A stretch of DNA of 63,222 nt from Dendrobates tinctorius (Eukaryota), in NCBI RefSeq assembly GCF_039654945.1, contig NW_027361954.1:779-64000 (forward strand), written 5' to 3'. The position numbers and the translations under genes are program-made. The number at the start of each line of letters is the position of its first letter. Positions within the stretch are counted from its first letter, which is position 1. The notes under the pieces were generated by a model. That model saw only the letters and a list, made by a program, of their open reading frames with translations, ran no database searches and was not told the DNA's origin. Shown one piece after another: positions 53,601-63,222 of this stretch.

Positions 53601-56600
53601 ATCGCGTTCTTGCGCAGGTGTACTTCTCTGCCCTGTTGAGGGTAGAGCAAATTCCTGCAGTGCACAGCTGCTGGGTCTCTCTGACCTTTCCCTGAGCCAT
53701 GCAGTACTTTGGTCTGCCCTCAACAGGCCAGATAAGTACACCTGCGCAAGAGCGCGATGCCTGGGAGCGATAATGAAGATGGGAGGCGCCGTATTTAGAA
53801 GTGCGACACTCCTCGGACCGGACCGCCCCGCAGTGAGTAGAATAAAACTTATTTTTCTTCTCTTGCAGGTCGGATCGGCGACTTAGCTACAGCATTATAG
53901 AATGCTGTAGATAAGCCAAAACAGCTGACAGGTTCCCTTTAAAATATGTTTTAAAAATATTATACCACTAAATACACAATTATGTAAAACTAAACAAAGA
54001 ATTCACATATTTTGTATTGCTGGACCAACCTAACCTATAAAATGCACACTATTTAACCCCTTCAGTGAACTCTGTTGAAAAAAAGAAACCTATAAAAAAC
54101 GTGGCAAAAAAATCTATGCTTTCACCATACCTCCCAAGAAAAGTGGAATAAAACACGATCAAAAAGTCAAATGTAAATGAAAATGGAATCGCTGAAAATG
54201 TCATCTTGTCCCACAAAATACATTGGGAGAAGATGACGTTTTCAGCGATTCCATTTTAGTGAGTGGAGAAATAAAAAAGTTATAGCAACAATTCTTTTCT
54301 TTCTTCTTCTATAAATGTTTTTTGTGTAAAAGAGCCAAAACTTTAAAACAAAAAATAATACTGACCCGAAGATAGAAGCTGCTTAATGCTGTTCACCGTA
54401 TGGTAAAAGTGATAAGAAAAGCGCCCAAAAAAATTCCTGAATTGCTGGTTTTTGTTCGTTCTGCCTCCCAAAAGTCGGAATAGAAAGCGTTCAAAAAGTG
54501 TCATGTGCCCGAGAATGGTACCAATAGAAACATCAACTCGTCCCGCAAAAAAACAAATCCAGACATGACTCTGTGGGCCGAAATATGGAAAAATTATAGC
54601 TCTCAAAATGTGGTGATGCAAAAACTAGTTTTCTCAATAAAAAGCGTTTTTTAGTGTGCGACAGAAGCCAAACATAAAAACCCAATCTGGTATCACTGTA
54701 ATCACACTGACCCGAAGAATAAATCCCTTGTATGTTATCTGTGTATACAGAGCGATGGCTGTAACTGCGCCCCCGGCACTGACTGACACTGCCTATGCAT
54801 TGGGGCTGGCTGTCCGTCTGGGCCGGGGTCGCGGCTACAGCCGTTGCTCTGTATACTCAGTCATGACTGATACTGGAACGCTGCCAAGTGCCATAATAAT
54901 GCTATTATCCTGCAGACTAACCCCATATCTGCAGGTTAATAGCTGTTTTTCTGCTCACTGGTTCCCTTTGACTAACACTAGCCTTTCTGGGGCCCGTTTT
55001 CCACATGGACATCACTTGGACTGAGACTCTGTTCATGTGAATGTTGCCTTATGTTTGTGGGATTTGCAGAGTTGGGTTGCCTTTTGATAAATATGTGCTT
55101 GGGAGGTTGTATGGTGGATGAAAGATGGCTGTAGAATGATAAAGAAAAGGTCCGCTGTCTGATTATACTCCCATTGGGGTACATTTATATTCGGATCAGT
55201 ACTGTATGGAAGCTTAGTACGGCTTTTCAGGCGTGTCCTTATTTCATTGTAGAAATATTGTGGAGAAAATAACAAGTCTTCCTGGAGCCTTCTGCTCATT
55301 GTCAAAGGAGTTTTTTGGTTTCTGCAAATGAATCTTATTATTTTTACAATGGAAAGTTATTCAGTTGTCAATTTCTCATAATTTGTATCAAATAATTTTG
55401 TATCCTAACATGTGGGGGAAAAAAGCACTATTAACTTGCATGGGGTCAATCTGCAGACCTAACCTAAAGTTATGGGGTTATGTTATGAATGGGTCACCGA
55501 GGAGGAAAAAACAACACAAGCCAAGTCTCAGAAAACCAGAGAGGTTGGTAACTATGCAGATTGCAGATCCCTGATCTTACCACACAACTAGCAGCAGTCG
55601 TGGAGCATACCTACGATGATCCTAGACGCCTCGTCACAACCGGAGAGCTACATAAGCCTAAAGCAGGAAAAGAGGAAAACTAACTGCCCCAGAGCAGACC
55701 CCAAAGGAAAGACAGCCCCCCACATGTATTGATGGTGAAACAAGATGAAAACACAAACAAAGGCAGAAAAATAGGCTGAGCAAATGATGGGGCCCGACTA
55801 ACTAGAAAGGAAAGACACTGCAATCTGCCAAAAAGCCTACCAAAATAATGTCCAACACTTCTGATAGCAAAATTAACCCTGAAGTCACTAGACTTCTCCC
55901 ACTATATCAGCACTCTGAAATATTCTGAGACAGAGCAAAAAGAGGCCAATCTAATAAGGGACCAAAAGGCAAATACAGATAAATAGGAGTGGAAACTCAG
56001 CACAACCCCAGCAGGGGCTGGCTGACCACAAAAAACTGAATTGACCAACAAGAGCAAGTGAGAACAATAGCAAAAACAAACTTAACTTGAGAAGACTGGA
56101 ACAGAGCTGAAGTCCAAGACCTGAGAAGCAGACTGTATCACCAGCACCAGGATAGGGCGTCGGCTGTCTTATATCCAGTCTGATACTCCAGAGATCCAAT
56201 CATTATCCTCCTCATCAGGTGGCAGATCACTACCAATTAAACCAACCTCACTACCTCCTGTCACCACCAGAGGGAGAACGGAAGGAAGAGCAGAAAATGA
56301 GTTCAAAACAGGGTTAATTTACAGGTTACTAGCATCCTGGATCCATGTGGCTGCCGCACTGACAGCCCGGCTGCCGGGAGGAAATTACCATTATTTCTCC
56401 CAACAGCCTCCATCTTTTAGACATAGAGACACGGCCTCAGTCACCGCTCAGTACATAGCGAACAGCAGCTCAAACCGCGCCCCACACCGCCACTGACTGA
56501 CAGCCAGCTCTATACTGATGCACTGCAGAGCCGGCTGTCAGTCAGTGCAAGGACATGGTTACCGTTGTCGCTCCATACATACTGACCTCCATGGCTGGAG

Positions 56601-59600
56601 GCTACCGGGAAGAATAAAGTTAATTTCCTCCCTGCAGCCGAGCTGTTCATACAGCAGCCACAGGGATTCACAACACTAGTAACCTTCAGATTAATTCTCT
56701 ATCTGCAGGATGGTAGGTATGTGTGTCCTGGACATGGATGCCATTCTGGTAAAAATGACAGCACAAGCATCAGTGCTCTGATTTTTTATTTTTACAAACT
56801 GTTTATTACAATATTTTGGGAATAATGTATTTTTTTTCTTTTTTTTTTTTCTAGATTGTAATATGTCAGAATAATATTAATGATCAGACAACCATGAACA
56901 GAATGCTCACACACGAGTTGATTCACGCTTATGATCACTGCCGCGCACAAGTTGACTTTTTAAGCAACATTCGGCATTTGGCCTGCACTGAGGTAAGTTC
57001 ATTTTCATATCATAATATTTCAGTAACTTTTTAGGGGAATGTTTTTTTTTTTTTTGTTTTTTTTTTTAATAAAGGATGGTGAATTAAAGGGTCAAATTTA
57101 GAAAAAGCATTCCTTAGGGAATTTACACCCAAAATGCAAAGTCTATAGATTCGCAGAATGGGTGATGACTTGCTGATCACTTGGGTCTCATCACCGGGCC
57201 CCCACTGATTATGAGACCATGGCTCTGGTGCTGTGGTTTGCAGGCAGGACCGTTGCTTTATTCAAGCTAGGATTCCCAAGCCTCTTTTATAGACCTGCGG
57301 GGTCAGGCCAAAAGTTATCACATGCCATTCAGGACAAAAGATGACATACAGCTTAGCCACATTCATTAAAACTCATTTTTGTTTTAATTCATGACAGGTC
57401 CTAGCACATATTTCCTCTCTGAGGGTCTATATTTCAAGCATGTGAATTGTCACAATAATAAGAGACAATTTTCTTTTTTTTTCAGCTGTTATTTCTATTA
57501 TCACATTTCCACTGGCTCAAATTTTTTTACATACACATGGTTATTATTTAGTAATATTGTCCACCTTTTGTCACAGATTTTGGGCAGCCTTCCACAAGCG
57601 TCTCACATTAAGTTCCACTTTTTTTTGTGTATGGGTTAATATACTCACCTGCCGCCGTTTTCTGCATGATCCAGCGCTTTTCTGCTCCTTTTTTCAGTGA
57701 CTTTGCTGCTCTTCAGACTGTCCGGCTCACTCGATGCTATATGAGGAGGCCGGAAGTCTCTTACAGTCTACCCTATGGGGACTCATTCTCACGCTCCCAT
57801 TATAATGCAGAGCGCATAGTCAGCCGGACAGTCTGAAGAGCGATAAAGTCACTGAGAAGTGGGATGGTGTTGGATTCCAGCGAAGGCGGCGGTAGGGGAG
57901 TATATTAACACACACTACAGTATATGAATATATATTTAGGCAAAAAAGAGTTCATGGGAGGGCTTCTTTAATAAATTACTACAGTGGCTTGCGAAAGTAT
58001 AACTATTCACCCCTCCATAAAGTCAGTACTTTGTAGATCCTCCTTTTGCAGATGCAAGTCGCTTTGGATAAGCTTTCCACATCTTGCCACTAGGATTTTT
58101 GCCCATTTCTCAAGGCAAAACTGCTCCAGTGTCATTTTGTAGAATTTTCTAAGCTACGTAAAGGCTGAGTCAGCTTGGAGTCTGTAAACTTCTGTCCCAC
58201 CTGAATTTTTAAATCGCGACTTATAAATGAGAATATCTATCTTTAACTATTTTTGTAGGAATATTTGTGTCTTGTACAAAGTAGATATCTGAAACCACTT
58301 GTTAAAAGTAGAGTGTGACACGGGAGCTGTGGATGGGGATAAATACAACTTCACCCCGAGTGGATGTAAACCAATGCCGTCAGCTGTATACTGTGGCTAG
58401 ACCATTCCTTACATTAATAGTACAATCACGCTAAGGCTAGTTTCACTTTAGCATTTGGAGGCGCAGCGGGCACTCGCCGTGAAACTCCGCCCCCTGCCGC
58501 TCCTCCTCCGGTCAGCTTCGCCTATGGGCGCATGCCGCTGCATGTGGCCTGCGTACCCTATGTTTAGCACTGGGTACGCAGTCCATGCGCAGGTATGCTT
58601 TTGCCTCCGCATGACTCCTTTTGACGGTGCAGCGGCCGCACCAAAATGCAACACGTTCGTGGGAAAACCCTTTTCATGTGACCAGCTTCCTCTGCCTGTA
58701 GACACGTCGCGCATATGCCGCCGGGACCAGTCGAATGATTGCCTGCGCGGATTTGGCGCAGTGCGACGTTGTTCCGCTGGTGGTATCGCGCAAGAGGCTG
58801 TGTGAGTGTGTGGTGCGTATAGTGTGTGTGTGTGTGTGTGTGTGTGTGGTGCAATGGTGTTCCGCTGATATAGGTATAGGTTGGTACCAGCAGCAGTTTC
58901 CATATTGAGACACCCATCACTTGGGTGTCCTAATATGGCGGTCGGTGAACTTCCTCCGCTTGGAATTCTGGGATACGGTGACATCTGGACAGGACAGAAA
59001 GTTATAACATTACAAGGCAAATAAATATATATCTCATAATACTGTAATCTGTAAAAGCAAGGCTGTCACAGATTTTTTTTTTTTAATTGGACGTTCATAT
59101 CCTTCAAAGCTTCTTTGTATTTTGCTTTAGATCCGAGCTGCGAGTCTTAGCGGAGATTGCTCCCTTGGCAATGAAATGTCACGGTTCAAATTTGGTGTAA
59201 AGCAGCATCATCAGGTATGTAAGGAAAATGTCCCCCCTTGAAACGCTGCCCAGATATCATTGTGATATATTCGTCTTCATTGGTTCCTCAACAGCAGCTA
59301 AAACATATTTTGGAAATGCCTGACAGCTCTGTGTTCATGAAGCATATTCATTCATACCATATTTTAGCAGAGTTTTGTTTTGATGATAAAGCGATCTGGT
59401 TTCAAATAAACCACTGATAGTTTTTTTTTTTTTTGTTTTTGTTTTTTTGTTTTTTAATATACAGTATATAAAATTCTGCTCACATTTCTTATACATTTGT
59501 AATATTTCAAGCAAAATGATTTTGTACCCAGATTAGTCTTGTCTAGTATATCCATAGATAGATGCATGGAACAGCACTATAAACTTCTCAATAGGTTAAA

Positions 59601-61708
59601 TGTGGCAAGTTTTGCTCTTATTTTCACTGCATGCCGTGGTATTGCAATATAGTCAAAATGAAATGTACCAAGACGGCGGCACGCCATGATCGCATTACAG
59701 GTTATGGGAGGAGGCTATGGGACCTGGGCTTGCACCACTTACATGTCACAAAGTTATGTAAGGGGTAAAATTGTTAAAAAGTAGATGTCGGCTTTATATA
59801 TAATGGAGAAGAAAAAAATTTGAAAGTCCAGGATTTTTCGGCTACAGCGCTATCTTATTCCGCAGTGCCTTACATACATTATCATCGCTGTCCCCATTGG
59901 GGATAACAATCTAAATTCTAATTGTCTTTGGAATGTGGGAGGAAACCAGAGAACTCAAAGGAAAGCCACGCAAACACGGGGAGAACATACAAACTCCTTG
60001 CAGATGTTGTCCTTGGTGGAATTTGAACCCTGGGCCCCAGCGCTGCAAGGCTGCAGTGTTAACCACTAAGCCACTGTGCTACCCAACCCCTATTTAAAAT
60101 CAGCAAAAAGTAATCGTATGAACCACACATTGGTCCCAATAAAAATGCCAGCTCAATACTCGAAAACAAGTCTTCACTCCGCTTCATCAATGGAAGAGTA
60201 AAACAGTTAAGAATCTCAAATAAACCCGTCTCCCCCGTCCGACCCAAACAAAACATACAGGTTTAGTAATATCGCTATAATCATATTGACCTGAAGAAGC
60301 CTACTGCCAGGTCACTTTTAGTACTCAAAGACCACCTTAAATACAAAACACAAAAATCGATGGCAGAAATGCATTTTTTACGTTTTCTTCCACCATTTCA
60401 ACCCACTTGGATTTTTTTACTGTTTTTTTTTTCCTCTGTGTATAATTTGCTAAAATGAATGGTGTCATTCATAACTACATCTCATCATGCGAGAAACAAG
60501 CTTTCATATGGCTATGTCAACAAAAAACTAAAAATGGTTATTGGAAGATACGTAGAAAAAATAAAAGCACAAAAAAATTGCCTGTAGAGCAGGGGTTAAT
60601 ATTCTCACATATTATGTTTTGTTACGACGACTCCTCATGGTGCTGGACAGGAGTTACTCCCTAGTTTTGAGGACTGTTTGGAGTAAGGTCTGTGCAACCT
60701 TAACCGAGTCAACCTTATAAGGTCTCTGGCACAGAGAAATAAAACTTGTAAGGTGAGTACTGGCTCTGCTCCTTTGAAACCATGCTCCAGACTTTAAAGG
60801 GGTTGTCCACTACTAGGACAACCCCTTCTTGATCTAAATGTTTGGTGCTGATAAAACAAAAAAAAAAGCTTATACTCTCCTCCCATGCCAGCGCCGTTCT
60901 ATTGATGTCGGCAGTTGCGTTCCCGGGCTCATGTGAGCATGTTATGACACGTGAGCCTGGCACCCAATCATCACTGGCGTCACTGGCCCCGCCTTCTGCT
61001 GCTGCGCTTTCAATTCCTCTTGATGTTCAGTTCGTCTGAGGGCAGGGCCAGTGATGATTGGGTGCCAGGCTCACATGTCATAACCACATGAGAGCCCTGG
61101 GAGCGCGAGTGCCGGCACGAGACGTGAGTATTAGCATTCTTATTTTACCACCACCAAACATTTAGATCAATAAGGGGTTGTTCTAGCAGTGGACAACCCC
61201 TTTTAAGGGAGTTTTTTCTGTTGATTTTGGAGCAAAATCTTGCAGGTTCTTCTCCTAAACCTCTACAAATAGACTGTGCACATGCCCTGACTTTTCTTAC
61301 AATGCTGCAACCCAGGAGACGACAGCCCTTACTATTGTAGTTGGTATCTGCTATTCCCAGCTTATCTGCCATATTACAGCTTCAAGATATTGCTACCAAT
61401 TGAAGAAAATGTTTCTTGTGTGTTTTTTAGCTTTTCTGCCTTGTATTAATATTTCATGTACGGCCGAGTAACACAAAACTTGTTTGTATTTCTTTCTCTA
61501 ATAGACATGTGTGCGAGACCGAGCCGTTCGCTCCATTATGGCTGCAAGGAAGTTCAGTCAAGAGACTGCAGAGAAGGCTGTGGATGACGTGTTTGACTCG
61601 TGCTTTAATGACAGAGAGCCCTTTGGTCGCATTCCTCATAACACAGCTGAAGCAAATATGGCATACAAGGAGTTTAGAAATCGTGGAAGATATTATGCGA
61701 ATATATGA
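50466..61708 (+). CDS. ATP23: Mitochondrial inner membrane protease ATP23 homolog, copy 2 (234 aa; six exons; alternative in-frame ATG at 50439)
   Basis: Exons 50466-50616, 51651-51696, 52262-52343, 56855-56992, 59131-59214 and 61505-61708; exons 2-6 have the same sizes as in copy 1; [12 protein letters not shown] is intact. Confidence 0.96.
51651..51696 (+). CDS. ATP23: ATP23 copy 2 exon 2
   Basis: 46 nt, (S)[14 protein letters not shown](C). Confidence 0.93.
52262..52343 (+). CDS. ATP23: ATP23 copy 2 exon 3
   Basis: 82 nt, [27 protein letters not shown]. Confidence 0.95.
53335..53938. mobile_element. T2-family MITE nested in a piggyBac-like fragment
   Basis: TTAA..AACCTGTC ... TGACAGGTTCCCT-TTAA; related to 40016-40588. 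Confidence 0.7.
55481..56310. mobile_element. Solo LTR
   Basis: TGTTATGAA ... TTCAAAACA termini with a GGGTTA direct duplication on both sides. Confidence 0.75.
56855..56992 (+). CDS. ATP23: ATP23 copy 2 exon 4 (HEXXH)
   Basis: 138 nt, [46 protein letters not shown]. Confidence 0.97.
59131..59214 (+). CDS. ATP23: ATP23 copy 2 exon 5
   Basis: 84 nt, [28 protein letters not shown]. Confidence 0.96.
59843..60084 (-). mobile_element. tRNA-derived V-SINE
   Basis: Minus strand: A box TGGCTTAGTGG, B box GGTTCAAATTC, V-domain GTATGTTCTCCCCGTGTTTGCGTGG; the 3' tail resembles the L2 3' end at 37775-37805. Confidence 0.85.
60798..61202. mobile_element. T2-family MITE
   Basis: TTAA-AGGGGTTGTCCACTACTAG ... 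CTAGCAGTGGACAACCCCT-TTAA; fold-back body. Confidence 0.85.
61505..61708 (+). CDS. ATP23: ATP23 copy 2 exon 6
   Basis: 204 nt, [15 protein letters not shown]...GRYYANI*. Confidence 0.96.
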   Translation, partial: TCVRDRAVRSIMAARKFSQETAEKAVDDVFDSCFNDREPFGRIPHNTAEANMAYKEFRNRGRYYANI

Positions 61709-63222
61709 TATAGATAACATATTAATCCTCCAGAAGTCTAATGTAGAACCTGTAGTTGAGGACACAGCTTTCTACAGTCTTCTTCTGAAGGGTCTGTGCA
61801 CACAATTTTTTTTTTCTTTTGGAGAAGATTTTAGTTTTTTTGATATTTTTGTAGCTTTCTGTGAGCACAGTGCCTAGTTTCGGAGTGTTTTCCATCAGAA
61901 GTCACTTCACAGAAAAGGAGACATGCCCTTCCTTTATTTTTTCTCACCTGCTATTTTTCAAAACCTGAAGTAGAAGTAAGACGCTCAAAGGACTGAACAT
62001 ACAAACAGCAAATTATTACTTGTATCCTGTGTTTTTTCTTTAGTTTTTCCCCCTGTGGGTTCTAGCGCTCTAATTTTCAGTTGTCTCTGAGCTATTGGGT
62101 GGAAACTCGCTGCTCTGATGTGCTCCATATGCTGTAATATAAGGGATTCCTGCTCTTCTGTCTCAGATGTTGAGAAGCAGCATGGAGGACACTATGCTGC
62201 TGTGAATCTAGCTGACTGGAAGCTGCAGCACGATCTGCCTGTCTCTCTGCCTCTGATTGTTTTCTGACTGCTCCTGTAGAGCAAGCTGATGAGTTAAGTG
62301 AGGAAGTAATGAAGTGGCTCATAAATGGCGAATTAAACATTTTTCTTGGATAAGATGTGAGTTTCATCTATTATCGTGTACTACTGATTTATGGAAAGTT
62401 TATTGAAGGCCAGCGGCCATTTTAGTTGTTGCGGGTGACTATTTTCAATGCCCTCACCATGTTGAATGAAGCTCCACTCACTACAAGATAATTCTACTGT
62501 GTAGCCCTAGGCTTAAGAGATTTATAAGAATCTGTTGGTTTTCAGAAAACACTTATTACTATGTCATTTGTAGAAAAGCTAAATTAAATACGCTTAGTAG
62601 TCAAAAACGCCCCTAACACCACCGGAGCACTGCCTCTACCTACGCTGGTGATATGTTTACAGTATGTTCCTATGTGGTGAAAATGCAGCAGATTTTTCTC
62701 AGCAGAAGATCCTCTATGTTGCAGACCTCATTCAGACATTTTTTCACGTACGAGAACATTTTTACTGAGTTTGGTCCAAGTGTCATCAGCTTTTCTTGTA
62801 CGTGAAAGAAAAAAGTTTCTCTTTTCTATTCCTATCGAACAGCGCATGAAAATCGAGCCGCAATCGAATGGCAACCGAGGACTGTCCGATTTTCTTTTAC
62901 AGACCAATAGACTTGCATTGCTAATTTTCAGCCGACAGTTGGATGAAACGTGGCTATATCTCTGCCATTTTGCACGTATCACTCAGCCCACGGAAAATCC
63001 GTCTTATAGGTACAAGTGCTGTGAAAAACATGAATAGCTCTTATATGGAACTACCGGGCGTGCGAATGAGGTCTTACATTAGCGCCATTGTATTTTTAAG
63101 AAATGTAATGCACACGCAGGGAAAAATTGATCGATGTTGAAATTAGCAGTATATTGGTTTGATGCATATGATTTGCTATGCAAAGGGTGAAATATGGACT
63201 TTAACCACCCACCTTCACAATG

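Noticed and set aside
54965-55380. Possible L1 ORF2 remnant on the minus strand
   Set aside because: Only weak resemblance (a CxxC-like stretch); too decayed to call without a search.
59990-60084. tRNA gene
   Set aside because: The A and B boxes belong to the head of a V-SINE; there is no complete cloverleaf.

Overview
Eukaryotic vertebrate genomic DNA, almost certainly a frog, judged from the transposon repertoire (T2/Harbinger MITEs, DIRS, Penelope-like elements, V-SINE). Host genes: the 5' part of RPAP3 on the minus strand (non-coding exon 1 near 25.7 kb plus three coding exons; the rest lies left of the window). It is head-to-head with two complete, intact, tandem six-exon ATP23 (XRCC6BP1) paralogues on the plus strand (26027-47281 and 50466-61708), both keeping the HELIH zinc-protease motif. 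The introns are packed with nested mobile DNA: Tc1, hAT, Harbinger (one carrying an 8-exon MADF/Myb gene), piggyBac-like and T2 MITEs, L1/L2/CR1 fragments, solo LTRs, one decayed DIRS retrotransposon and one apparently intact one. The most unusual signal is a set of at least five non-autonomous Penelope-like fold-back elements, four of them with hammerhead-ribozyme motifs. One (30271-32542) is a non-coding mini-gene: promoter, a regular ladder of six ~70-100 nt GT-AG introns, a hammerhead-like core, a poly(A) signal and a tail, mirrored by an inverted truncated copy. It and a second ribozyme-bearing element inserted at the same site, the YADD catalytic codons of an L2 reverse transcriptase. 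All calls were made by eye; no database searches were run.
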